Of a DNA stretch of 64,000 nt, positions 18,381-27,936 are shown piece after piece. The stretch's first letter is position 1; each line of letters begins with the position of its first letter. A program made the translations under genes and the position numbers. Below the pieces are notes generated by a model that worked only from the letters and a program-made list of their open reading frames with translations, did not search any database and was not told the DNA's origin. This DNA comes from Puniceicoccales bacterium (GTDB lineage Bacteria > Verrucomicrobiota > Verrucomicrobiia > Opitutales > UBA953), in contig JAISZI010000095.1 of NCBI GenBank assembly GCA_031269335.1, positions 6,930 through 70,929 on the forward strand, written 5' to 3'.

Positions 18381-19178
18381 TTATTTTTTCCAACTTGAGG
18401 GGAGAACCCAATCACGGGTTTTGACGAACTCTTCTAATTCTTCGTTGGAATGGACGGAGGCGAGGTGCTCGCTGTCTTTCAAGACCCAGCCTGCCCAGAG
18501 GAGTTTTTCCATTCGGATGGCGTAGTAATCTTTGAGTGATTTGCTCGATTCTGAGTCGGTGACTACGAAGGTGTATTCGGGGGCGAAAGTTCCGGCGAGG
18601 CCGGTGCCGCTGGGTCCGGCAACGCGATAAGCGACGTATTTGCCTTGTCCGGCACCGATTCTTTTAAGAGCCGTCTCGCTTGCGGCTTCTTCGCCGCTGC
18701 CGAAGCTCATGCCTTCGCGACTTGAGGCGACGGAGACGAAAAGGATGATCACGAGCAGCAGTATGAGTCCGCCGAAGACGGAGAGGATGATGATGCGGCG
18801 TTTTTTTTGTTCGGCCTTCATGCGGGCGATGGGGTTGTCGGGCGTCGGCGGGCGTTGCTGTCCGTAGAAGTAGGCGGCGGCTTGCTGTTGTTGGGCGGCA
18901 GCTTGCTGTGCGGCGTATTGCTGCGCTGCATATTGCTGCGCTGCATATTGTTGGGCTGCGTATTGTTGGGCTGCGTATTGCTGCGCGGCGTATTGTTGCG
19001 CCGCATACTGTTGAGCGGCGGCTTGTTGTGGGGCGGCGGCTTGCGGCTGCCGTTGTTGTTGCGGCTGCTGGTGCGCAGGGGCGGGGGCGGCTTGCGGTTG
19101 CTGCGGTTTTTGTTGTTGTGGCGATACTGGTTTGCGCAGTGGTGGACGGGAGGACTGCGGCGGAGTCTGGTTGCTCAT
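18381..19178 (-). CDS. single-pass membrane protein with a Gln/Pro-rich N-terminus containing (QQYAA)x7
   Basis: A Q/P-rich cytoplasmic N-terminus is followed by the TM helix IIILSVFGGLILLLVIILFVSVA and a ~130-aa C-terminal globular domain. Confidence 0.75.
   Translation of the reverse strand: MSNQTPPQSSRPPLRKPVSPQQQKPQQPQAAPAPAHQQPQQQRQPQAAAPQQAAAQQYAAQQYAAQQYAAQQYAAQQYAAQQYAAQQYAAQQAAAQQQQAAAYFYGQQRPPTPDNPIARMKAEQKKRRIIILSVFGGLILLLVIILFVSVASSREGMSFGSGEEAASETALKRIGAGQGKYVAYRVAGPSGTGLAGTFAPEYTFVVTDSESSKSLKDYYAIRMEKLLWAGWVLKDSEHLASVHSNEELEEFVKTRDWVLPSSWKK
18911..19015 (-). repeat. 7 tandem 15-bp units encoding QQYAA
   Basis: The units are cggcgtattgctgcg / ctgcatattgctgcg / ctgcatattgttggg / ctgcgtattgttggg / ctgcgtattgctgcg / cggcgtattgttgcg / ccgcatactgttgag. 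The peptide repeat is perfect, and the DNA units differ only at synonymous sites. Confidence 0.9.
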
Positions 19179-19265
19179 TGGTTGGAGGAGAGGATGGTTT
19201 GAGAAGGAAAAGGCGTTTGTGCCGACGAAAAAACAAGAGAACGGGTGTTACCTTGACACGGGAAT

Positions 19266-20087
19266 TTATAGCACGGGGGCAGGTTGATCGTCGAGCAACG
19301 AAGTGTGATTGGCGCGGGATTCGGTGCCGTCATCTTCGGCGAGGCCGACGTCGTTGGCGGTTAATTTGACGGGGTTTGTGGCACGGGCGATCCATTCGCT
19401 AATTTGGCTTGGGGAGAGGACGTCGGAGGCGGGCAGGTCGGCGAGGCTTTTCAGACCGCAGAAATCGAGGAATTTTTCGGTAGTTCCGTATTGAATGGGG
19501 CGTCCGGGCAGGTCGGCGCGGCCTGTTACGATGGCGAGGTCGAGGTCGAGGAGGCGGTTTAGGGCACCGTCGGCGGAGACGCCGCGGATGGATTCGATTT
19601 CGGAACGGGTAGTGGGTTGGCGATAGGCGATGATGGCGAGGGTTTCGAGGGCGCCTTGGCTGATGCGAGTCGGTTTGGAGTCGTTGCGCAGGAGGCGCAC
19701 CCACTCGGCGTATTCCGGGGCGATAGCGAGGCGGAATCCATCCGGGCATTGGAGGATGCGGGTGACGTCGCCGGCGAGAGCCATTTCTTGGTTAAGGGTT
19801 TCGGCGGTTTCGCGGATTTGGGTGGCAGTGAGGAGGGTCGGCACTTGGTCGATGATGTCTTGCATCACGCATTGGGTAAGCTCTTTTGGGGAGGCGGTCC
19901 GGGCAATGTGCGGGACGCCGGAAAAAGGTTCATCTGCGTTCGTGTCGGCGGCGTTATCTTCTTCGACGCAAACCCTTTCGCGCTGTTCATGGTAGCGAGT
20001 TATAACGGTCTGAATCTCTTTTATAGAGATAGGCTCCGAGGTGGAGATCAGGAGCGATTTAAGGACTTTTTTTAGGTTGAAATCCAT
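19266..20087 (-). CDS. scpB: segregation and condensation protein B
   Basis: It has LKSLLISTSEPISIKEI and the tandem winged-helix motif ETLAIIAYRQPTTRSEIESIRGVSADGALNRLLDLDLAIVTGRADLPGRPIQYGTTEKFLDFCGL. Confidence 0.9.
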   Translation of the reverse strand: MDFNLKKVLKSLLISTSEPISIKEIQTVITRYHEQRERVCVEEDNAADTNADEPFSGVPHIARTASPKELTQCVMQDIIDQVPTLLTATQIRETAETLNQEMALAGDVTRILQCPDGFRLAIAPEYAEWVRLLRNDSKPTRISQGALETLAIIAYRQPTTRSEIESIRGVSADGALNRLLDLDLAIVTGRADLPGRPIQYGTTEKFLDFCGLKSLADLPASDVLSPSQISEWIARATNPVKLTANDVGLAEDDGTESRANHTSLLDDQPAPVL

Positions 20088-20357
20088 GCGGAACAGAAGT
20101 GCGAGCTACGGCTTTTCAGAGAAAGAAATGATGGGAAGGACGCAATGCGGAAAGCGGGCGAGGCGCGGTGGACATGCAAAGCCGGTGTGGCGTTGGCGCA
20201 AACAAACTTTGCACGTCTGCGGTGGCGGCGGGGTGAATCAGCGTTTGGCGTATTATTTCGCGTTGCCAAGGGAGGGGCATTTACACAAAGAAGGTGAGTT
20301 TCTCGCACGGGAAATCCGCGCACACACCAGCACACGAAAGCAGCACAGAAAGAAAAT

Positions 20358-21635
20358 ATGACCCAAACACTCACAGGTAACTTGCTCGTCGCGCAAAGCG
20401 GCGGACCTACGCCCGTCATCAACGCCAGTCTCGCAGGCGTTATCGGGGAGGCATTGCAACACGAGGACGAAATCGTCGAAATCTACGGTGGTCTCAACGG
20501 GATACTGGGGATACTCAACGAGCAATTCATCGACCTCGCTACCGAATCCCAGCAAACTGTCCGCGCCCTTGGTCGGACTCCCGGTGCCGCTCTTGGCTCC
20601 TGCCGCTACAAAGTGAAAAAAACGCGTGATTTCGACCGGATTCTCGAAGTGTTTGCAGCGCACGATATTCGCTACTTTCTTTACATCGGGGGCAACGATT
20701 CGCAGGACACGGCGGCGAAAATCAACGCGCTTGCCATTGAGCGCGGTTACGCCCTGCGCGTGATCGGCGTGCCTAAAACAATTGATAACGATTTGTCCGT
20801 GACGGACCACTGTCCGGGCTACGGCAGCGCGGTGAAACACATCGCTGCTACCGTGCGCCAAATGGCACTGGATAACGCCGCAATCGGGCGGCACGACCTC
20901 GTCTCTATCCTCGAAGTCATGGGACGCGACACCGGTTGGCTCGCTGCCGGCTCCGTCCTCGCCAAACGGCGCAACGCCCTCATCGAAGACGCGCCCCACA
21001 TCGTCCTTTTGCCCGAAGAACGCTTTAACCAACAGGTGTTTATAGACGCTGTGCAAAATACCCTGCGCAGACAAAAGTTCTGTTTCATCGTTGTCTCCGA
21101 AGGGCTGATCGATTCCGAAGGCAACTTCCTTGGTGCTGAAACCGGCAGTGTTGACGCTTTTGGTCATGCCGCACTCGGCGGCGTAGGCGAACGCTTGCGC
21201 ACCATTGTCGAACAAAACATCGCCGGCGTGAAGGCGCGTTCCGCCAAGCTTGGCATTTCGCAACGCGCTGCTGCTCAAAGTATTTCGCAGACCGATTCGG
21301 AAGAAGCGGCTCGCGTGGGGAGGGACGCCGTTCGCGCAGCGGTGGCAGGTGAGACGGGTAAGATGATCGTGCTCGTGCGCGAAGACAAAGACGGCGTTTC
21401 CTATTCGATTAAAACGGACTTAGTGCCACTGGAAGACGTGGCAAATGCCGTAAAACCGTTCCCTGCCGCATGGATTGGCGAGGACAAGGTGTCCATCGGC
21501 TTCCAGTTCACGAAATACGCACAACCGCTTATCCAAGGGGAAGTGCCACTTGCCTACGAAGGCGGATTGCCGAAGTTTGCGACGCTTGTTGCCAACCGCG
21601 TCGAGAGTAAGCTCGACCCCTACGAGGTACTTTAA
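20358..21635 (+). CDS. pfp: 6-phosphofructokinase, probably pyrophosphate-dependent
   Basis: PFK blocks are present: AQSGGPTPVINAS, GGNDSQDTA, IGVPKTIDNDL, PGYGSA and EVMGRDTGWLAA. Asp at the GGxDS position and Lys in PKTIDND are the residues classically associated with PPi rather than ATP use. Confidence 0.85.
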   Translation: MTQTLTGNLLVAQSGGPTPVINASLAGVIGEALQHEDEIVEIYGGLNGILGILNEQFIDLATESQQTVRALGRTPGAALGSCRYKVKKTRDFDRILEVFAAHDIRYFLYIGGNDSQDTAAKINALAIERGYALRVIGVPKTIDNDLSVTDHCPGYGSAVKHIAATVRQMALDNAAIGRHDLVSILEVMGRDTGWLAAGSVLAKRRNALIEDAPHIVLLPEERFNQQVFIDAVQNTLRRQKFCFIVVSEGLIDSEGNFLGAETGSVDAFGHAALGGVGERLRTIVEQNIAGVKARSAKLGISQRAAAQSISQTDSEEAARVGRDAVRAAVAGETGKMIVLVREDKDGVSYSIKTDLVPLEDVANAVKPFPAAWIGEDKVSIGFQFTKYAQPLIQGEVPLAYEGGLPKFATLVANRVESKLDPYEVL

Positions 21636-21691
21636 TCCCGCTTTACCTGCGCCCCAAACCGCAGCGACAGATAGGGCGTTGTCCGCGATAA

Positions 21692-21727
21692 GGCAGGGGC
21701 TGCCGCGGCGGACGCGCCCTGCCTTTT
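21692..21727 (+). terminator. candidate rho-independent terminator after the phosphofructokinase gene
   Basis: A ggcaggg ... ccctgcc stem (7 bp, large GC-rich loop) is followed by tttt. Confidence 0.45.
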
Positions 21728-21768
21728 GATGCGGCGGTTTTTTGCCGGCGGGGCAGCGAAAATTTATT

Positions 21769-23319
21769 ATGAATCTCCGAGAACCACACGTCGCCACCAT
21801 GACTAATTACCCGAACCGTTTTAAGCCGCTTCCTTTGGGAACCCCCGTCCCGAACAGCCCCCATGCCGTTGTTGTCAGCCTGCCGACGATGACTGATGTT
21901 ATTGGCTACGAAGAACGTCGCCCCGATACAATGGACGTCGTGCGCAGTGGTTACCCGCGATTTTTGCAACACCCGTTCGTAACCCAAGCCATGTGCGAAC
22001 TTAGCAATTCGTTAAAATTGGGCGCACGTGCCCTTTTCCCGGTTGCATCGCTCGACGTCGCCCGCCGCATCGCCGACCTATGCGGCGTGGAATCGGGGGA
22101 TGTTGGCATTGCTCAAACCGATGGCTGGGTCCTGCTCCACCTTCCGCCTGCCGACGCCGCGCTTGCCGCCCGTGTCCGTAAGATCATCCAGCACACCGGC
22201 GTTGCACTCGGTTCGAGGCAAGCCGAAGACTGGCTTGTCGCCCGTGGTTTGCGCGACGATATGTTTCCAGAGGAAACGTTTGACGGCGACGCCTCCGCCG
22301 CTGTCCGCCGCGTGCTTGCGCACTTGCTCGCTCCCGCTGCCGCAGACGACATCCTGCTGTGTCGCTCCGGCATGAATGCTTTTTACGCCGCATTTGAAGC
22401 GGTGCGTTCCCTGCAATGTCCCCGTGGGCGCACGCATTGGCTCCAGCTCGGATGGCTCTACACCGATACGACCGAAACGCTGCGCAAATGCCTCCCGCGT
22501 GACGAACCGCTCACCCTCATTAGCAATGTGTTCGACAAGGACGCCGTCGAAAAATTTTTCGCCGATAACGGTGACCGCGTTGCCGCCGTCGTCACCGAAG
22601 TCCCGACAAATCCGCTCATTCAGACGCCCGATATCGAGTGGCTCTGCGCACTTGCGCGCCGCTACGGAGCTATCCTCGTCCTCGACCCCTCCACAAGCGG
22701 TCTCGTCAATGTGGATTTGTTGCGGCACAGCGACGTCCTCGTTACCAGCCTTACAAAATATGCGGCTCATGCAGGCGACGTCATGCTCGGCGTTCTCTGC
22801 GTGAACCCCTGTTCGCCCGTTCACGAACCGTTACTTGCGGCAGCTCGCCGCGAAATTTCGTTTGCCTACGAACGCGATATTTCTCGCCTTGCCGTAGAGA
22901 TCGAGAGCATGTCCGCAGTCGCCGTTCGTGTTAATGACAACACCGCCCGCCTCGCCGCATGGCTCGCCGCGCACCCTGCTGTGCGCCGTGTTTTCTGGGC
23001 TGGCGAAGCCTCGTCTGCGGCAAATTACGCCGCCATTGCCCGTTCGCCGGAAAGATTTGGCTGCGTGATAAGTATTGAGCTAACTATCCAACCGGCGCGT
23101 TTTTACGATAGAATCAAAAGGGTCAAAGGACCGAGTTTTGGGACGGATTTTACCATCGTTTCCCCCTTTATTTACATGGCGCATTACGACCTTGTCACGA
23201 GTGCGGCGGGACGCAAAGGACTGATCGCCTGCGGCATCGATCCCGAACTCATGCGGATTAGCGTCGGCTGCGAACCCTTCGAGGAAATTCGCGATGCGTT
23301 TGCGTCTGCCCTTGCGTAG
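21769..23319 (+). CDS. PLP-dependent enzyme of the Cys/Met-metabolism (trans-sulfuration) family, long form
   Basis: The PLP-lysine context is VTSLTKYAAHAGDVMLG, with ELMRISVGCEP at the C-terminus. The first ATG in ORF 21742..23319 was chosen as the start. At ~516 aa it is longer than typical ~390-aa family members. Confidence 0.7.
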   Translation: MNLREPHVATMTNYPNRFKPLPLGTPVPNSPHAVVVSLPTMTDVIGYEERRPDTMDVVRSGYPRFLQHPFVTQAMCELSNSLKLGARALFPVASLDVARRIADLCGVESGDVGIAQTDGWVLLHLPPADAALAARVRKIIQHTGVALGSRQAEDWLVARGLRDDMFPEETFDGDASAAVRRVLAHLLAPAAADDILLCRSGMNAFYAAFEAVRSLQCPRGRTHWLQLGWLYTDTTETLRKCLPRDEPLTLISNVFDKDAVEKFFADNGDRVAAVVTEVPTNPLIQTPDIEWLCALARRYGAILVLDPSTSGLVNVDLLRHSDVLVTSLTKYAAHAGDVMLGVLCVNPCSPVHEPLLAAARREISFAYERDISRLAVEIESMSAVAVRVNDNTARLAAWLAAHPAVRRVFWAGEASSAANYAAIARSPERFGCVISIELTIQPARFYDRIKRVKGPSFGTDFTIVSPFIYMAHYDLVTSAAGRKGLIACGIDPELMRISVGCEPFEEIRDAFASALA

Positions 23320-23358
23320 TTGACAGGGCAGCCGTTCACGCTTTTAGCGCGAACAGCG

Positions 23359-24162
23359 TTAGTTGCCGTTTTTTCGCAGAACCCAAAAACGGGTGTCGTC
23401 TGAAAACGCGTGCACCGTGGCGGGTTCGCTACAAATTTCGGAGCGCATGGCGCAAAAAAGCACCTCAAAGCCGCAGCGTTCTGCGAGCGCGTGAGTTTCC
23501 TCCCGTGCAGCCACGTGGATGAACATCCGCCCCGCATCGGTCATGCAGGCGCGGTCGCCAAATTTTTCAAGTGTCCGGTCGCGATTCCCCGCCTCCCAGC
23601 GTTTTTGTTCTGCGCGCCAGCGGGCAGCGTTGCGGGGCGTGTCGCGTTCGTGTCCGGTAAAAATCATCACGCCGCCCTTTGCCAAGACACGGTAGGTTTC
23701 GTGCAAAGCGGCTTCGCGTTGCGCCGCAGACGGAATCATCATCAAACCGTTGAAGGCAAATATCACCGATTGAAATTGTTCTGCATCAAAAGAAAGAGAC
23801 ACAGCATTGCCCACGGCAAAGGTCACGTCCGCGTTGCGTGCCAGAGCCACTTCCCGCGCCGCTTCTATCATCGGAGGCGAAAAATCTATTGCCGTGATAT
23901 GCCGCCAGCCGTTTTCCCATAGACCCAGCGCGACGCGCCCCGCGCCGCAACCTAACTCAAGCAAGGGGCGGTCTTTAGGAAAATACTGTTCGCACAACAA
24001 GCGTTCCGATTCCCATAGCCCGGTGTTTGCGGCGACACGGGTGTATTCCAACACGGTGTCAGGGTGCGCAAAGTAGGCGACGTTGGAAGGGGGCAAGGAA
24101 ACTGTGGCAAAAGGGGGTTTCATGTAAAATGCCGTTGGACAATCAGATGAGGACAGGGTCAA
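23359..24162 (-). CDS. class I SAM-dependent methyltransferase
   Basis: It has motif I LLELGCGAGRVALGL, post-I ITAIDFSPPMI, and AFNGLMMIP. There is a 4-nt overlap with the upstream gene. Confidence 0.85.
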   Translation of the reverse strand: MTLSSSDCPTAFYMKPPFATVSLPPSNVAYFAHPDTVLEYTRVAANTGLWESERLLCEQYFPKDRPLLELGCGAGRVALGLWENGWRHITAIDFSPPMIEAAREVALARNADVTFAVGNAVSLSFDAEQFQSVIFAFNGLMMIPSAAQREAALHETYRVLAKGGVMIFTGHERDTPRNAARWRAEQKRWEAGNRDRTLEKFGDRACMTDAGRMFIHVAAREETHALAERCGFEVLFCAMRSEICSEPATVHAFSDDTRFWVLRKNGN

Positions 24163-26069
24163 TTTTGCTGTATTCTCGCGGCGAGCAGACGTTGGTGTAA
24201 ATCTTCGCGTATCCGCACGTTAAGCAATACGCCGGGGCGCAGTCCCACAAAATCGGTGACGTATTTCGCCCGCAAACGCGGGGCAACCTGCTTCTCCGTG
24301 TTCTCGTCTGTGATTACGACGGGCGCATCCAAGAGTTCGCCTCCCGCCTCTTTCGACGGCGGTGGCACGCGTCGCCAAAAACCAACACGCCCACGCAGCA
24401 CGTCCCATTTCTTCATATACCACGGCAACGGCCAGTATTCGTCTGAAATGACGCGTATCAGCAACGCATCCGTATCCACCGCAAACTCCGTGAGTTGCAT
24501 TACCAGCCGTGCCATGCCTTGCGCATCTTCCGTCGTGTGGACGTAGGCAAGCGGATTGCGCATGTCTGCCGCAAAACGCGTTGACAGGAAACGCGCCGCA
24601 CTCGCATGGGCGATCACCCCCGTCGTCACCACCGCAACGGATAACGCCAGCAGCACGCCGCCGCCGATAATGCGTTTTGGCACAGCCTTGTCGGCGGAAA
24701 CGGCGGAAAAGAGGCATTGCCAACTCCAACGGCAAAAGACCGCAAAACCCGTCCCCGCTGCCAACCACAACGGCGGCAATACGCCCAACATCAGCCACGG
24801 CGTTTTGTAAGTAATGAAGGAATAGAGCATTAACAGCACTCCACCGGAAACCAATGCGAAGACAACGGCACGCCGTTCCCCTTTTGACATGGCGCCTGTG
24901 AACAAAAATACGAGCGCGACCAAACAGCCGATACCGGTGAACAACTCCCGCGTGCCCGAAACCGAGACGAGACCAAGCGAACGAAGAAAACGTCCGCCCG
25001 CACCGAAAAAGACGAGGGCATCGCGGGCAAAGGGTTCAGGATCCCATAACAGCGCAAAATACCACCCAAACGGCTTGCCGTGCGCACCGCCGGAAGCCTT
25101 GTTCGCGTAATTGTAGTAGGTTTTCAGCGAATCCACGACGCCTTGCGGATTTTCCCCAAACGAAGAAAAAAATGCCGCTGCCACAAACATCGCCGTAAAA
25201 ACAAAAACGATTGTCGGGATAAGGAAACGCCTCACGAAAATGCGTCTGTTTTCGCCACCGTCGGCACCCTTGGCGTCGGCGATGATTTTCGCTATTTGCG
25301 CAGCAAAACCCCTCTCTTTTGCCGCAACCACCGCCTCCATCAGTATTAATGCCGCGCCGCCCGCCACTGCCGCCGCCGCCATAAGCACCCAAGTCTCTTT
25401 CGACGCCACCGCTAACCCAAGCAAGACGCCTGCCGCTGCCGCCAACGCGTTTCGCACAGCAAGCCGCTTCGCCACAGTCGTCAACGCCCGCCAAAGCAAA
25501 ACGACAGCACCCCAGAAACACGCCACAAACATCGTTTCCTGAATAAAATACCGCGCATAATAAACCGCCACCGGCGAGATCGCCGCAAATGCCAGTGAAA
25601 GGAGCACCGCAGGCATCCCGACACCGCCGTTACCGGCGACACGTCGTCGCCGTAGGCACAACAACGGCAACAGCGCAAGCACCACGCCAAACACAGCGGG
25701 CGTGCACCTCACCGCACCCACCGTCAACGCTTCGTATGAATTTTGCCCGGCAAGCCTACACAGCGTCGCCGCGAAGTAATACAAGGCGGGACCGTGGTGT
25801 TCGACCGGATTGTAACGATAGCCATCACCATTAAGCAAAAGTCCGAGGGTGTAAGCCTGCTCAGCTTCGTCCGCATGCAGGGGCTTGGCACTCAAGTCAT
25901 CAAACCGCAGCCACGCTGCGGCACCACCAATTGCCACCACCGCAAGGGCAAAAAGCAGTTTACCACGAAAAAGGTTTTTTATCACGCGCAGTGAATCACG
26001 CACGCCGCCTCCAATGTTGCCAGCCAAATTTCGCCTTTTCCCGAAAAAGCGGCATACACGGTTGCGCAC
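24159..26069 (-). CDS. GT-C-type (ArnT/PMT, GT39-like) polytopic membrane glycosyltransferase-like protein (TIGR03663-like)
   Basis: The 636-aa ORF has more than 10 TM helices, an N-terminal loop LHADEAEQAYTL...YNPVEHHGPALYY, and a C-terminal soluble domain. Confidence 0.6.
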   Translation of the reverse strand: MRNRVCRFFGKRRNLAGNIGGGVRDSLRVIKNLFRGKLLFALAVVAIGGAAAWLRFDDLSAKPLHADEAEQAYTLGLLLNGDGYRYNPVEHHGPALYYFAATLCRLAGQNSYEALTVGAVRCTPAVFGVVLALLPLLCLRRRRVAGNGGVGMPAVLLSLAFAAISPVAVYYARYFIQETMFVACFWGAVVLLWRALTTVAKRLAVRNALAAAAGVLLGLAVASKETWVLMAAAAVAGGAALILMEAVVAAKERGFAAQIAKIIADAKGADGGENRRIFVRRFLIPTIVFVFTAMFVAAAFFSSFGENPQGVVDSLKTYYNYANKASGGAHGKPFGWYFALLWDPEPFARDALVFFGAGGRFLRSLGLVSVSGTRELFTGIGCLVALVFLFTGAMSKGERRAVVFALVSGGVLLMLYSFITYKTPWLMLGVLPPLWLAAGTGFAVFCRWSWQCLFSAVSADKAVPKRIIGGGVLLALSVAVVTTGVIAHASAARFLSTRFAADMRNPLAYVHTTEDAQGMARLVMQLTEFAVDTDALLIRVISDEYWPLPWYMKKWDVLRGRVGFWRRVPPPSKEAGGELLDAPVVITDENTEKQVAPRLRAKYVTDFVGLRPGVLLNVRIREDLHQRLLAARIQQN

Positions 26070-26106
26070 TTGCCCTCGTCTTATGCACAGGTAAAAGTTT
26101 CCAGAA

Positions 26107-27936
26107 ATGTTTCAAGAACCACTAAGGAGACGATGGGGAAAGTTCAGACGCGATAAACGAGGAACACCGAAAAAAGTGTCACGTGAATCCGAAAGAGCAC
26201 TCTGGGGCATGGTTCGCTACGAACGTGACCCAGACGGCGAATACTGGGTTTTGCGCCCAAACTGGCGCGTCCTCCTCCCCATCCTCTTCTTTCTCGTCGC
26301 ATCCGTTTACTTGTCCGCCGTTTTTATTCGATACTGGCTCGACCGCTACTACTACGGCTGCGAAGCGACCGAGCTTTCAGACATGTTTGTCTGCGTCATT
26401 CCCAACAGAATACCGGTCATCAACTACGTTTTCCTGCCCAACTACCTCAACAACATCGTGATGGACGCCCGCGCACGGCAGACCAAGAAAATGAGCGCAA
26501 TGTTGAGGAATGACCCGCGCACCATCAACGACTTGCTCGTCGCCGCACACCTCGCCCCCGAAAACCTCGACCTCCAGTTTCAAGCCGCCTACTACTTCAT
26601 CTCGCCAGATTGGCTCTCCCTCCCCGAAACGGGCTTCACCGTGTTGGACGCCACTCTCCCGCGCATCATCGCAAAAGGCGACGCACTCAACGACTTAACT
26701 CGCTACGTCCAATTCTGTTTTCAATACGACCAAGATATCCGAATCATCCACGCCGCCGAAGCCTACCTCGACGACCCCCGCTTAAACAACGAAACCCGCT
26801 CCGCCTTCGCCATCTCCTACGCCGAAGCCCTCTTCCTGCGCGGCGAACTCGAAAAAGCCTGCGCCGTATTGGAAAAATATAAACTCACCGACACTCTCGC
26901 CGGCTTCCTCCTGCGCACACGTATCTTCTGGGAAAATGGCGAACAAGAACGCGCTATCCTTCTCCTAAAACATTTTATAACAAATTCCATCGATGGAAGA
27001 GAACGCCTCCTCTACGCACTCGCCACATGCCAACGCGAAATCGGACGCACCGCCGAAGCCGTCCAAAGCATCGAGCAAATCACCGCCCTCAATCCCACCG
27101 AACCCCGCCCGCGCCTCTTCCTCCTCTCCCTGCTCGACGAAATTAACGACACCGCACGCCGCAACGCCCTCATCGAAGACTATGTCACCCGTTTCGGCTC
27201 CGATGAATCCGCCATGCTCGCCCTCAGCAGCTACGCCGCCGACAAGGGCAATGTCCCGCTCCAAGAACGCCTTAACAAACACGCCCTCGATAACAACTTT
27301 TCCAACCTCGCCAACTTCCGCCTCCTCATCATCGAAACCCTTATCAACGCTGGCTCCCATGCCAAAGCACTCACCCAGATCGCAGAATTGTTTCAAAGCA
27401 AACCCACCTGGCTCCAACGTAACGAAAGCATCCGCACACAATTCGAAGCCATCCGCATGTTCGCCTACTTCTCCAGCGGCCAAGCAGACCTCGGCGCCAT
27501 CTCATTCAAAGAATTTATCAAAAACCGGATCAAACTGCCCATGATGATCGCCACCGCCCGCAGCCTCCTCAAACTCAACCGAACAAACGAAGCGAAAGAA
27601 CTCCTCCTCCAAGCCTACAAACGTAACCACCAAAATCAAAGTATCCTCCTCGAACTCATCAAAATAGACCTCAAAAGCAAAAACACCGAAACACTCGGCG
27701 AATACCTCACCAGTTTCCTCAAATCCCGCCGCCCCCCGCGCCACGTCCTCCGCGAAGCCTACGAACATCTCGGCAGCGACCGCTACCTCTTTACCCCAAA
27801 TCGCGACGAACTTCTCGAAAAAATGGACTCCCTCCTGCGCTCGCGCTCATACCCAATCACCGAAATCGAAAAAAGTTGGCCAGTCCCCTCGTCCGCTCCC
27901 CCGCCCATCACCCCTATCCCCATCCAGCCATTATGA
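26107..27936 (+). CDS. membrane-anchored helical-repeat (TPR-like) protein
   Basis: It has one N-terminal TM helix (VLLPILFFLVASVYLSAVFI) followed by ~500 aa of repetitive amphipathic helices. Confidence 0.55.
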   Translation: MFQEPLRRRWGKFRRDKRGTPKKVSRESERALWGMVRYERDPDGEYWVLRPNWRVLLPILFFLVASVYLSAVFIRYWLDRYYYGCEATELSDMFVCVIPNRIPVINYVFLPNYLNNIVMDARARQTKKMSAMLRNDPRTINDLLVAAHLAPENLDLQFQAAYYFISPDWLSLPETGFTVLDATLPRIIAKGDALNDLTRYVQFCFQYDQDIRIIHAAEAYLDDPRLNNETRSAFAISYAEALFLRGELEKACAVLEKYKLTDTLAGFLLRTRIFWENGEQERAILLLKHFITNSIDGRERLLYALATCQREIGRTAEAVQSIEQITALNPTEPRPRLFLLSLLDEINDTARRNALIEDYVTRFGSDESAMLALSSYAADKGNVPLQERLNKHALDNNFSNLANFRLLIIETLINAGSHAKALTQIAELFQSKPTWLQRNESIRTQFEAIRMFAYFSSGQADLGAISFKEFIKNRIKLPMMIATARSLLKLNRTNEAKELLLQAYKRNHQNQSILLELIKIDLKSKNTETLGEYLTSFLKSRRPPRHVLREAYEHLGSDRYLFTPNRDELLEKMDSLLRSRSYPITEIEKSWPVPSSAPPPITPIPIQPL

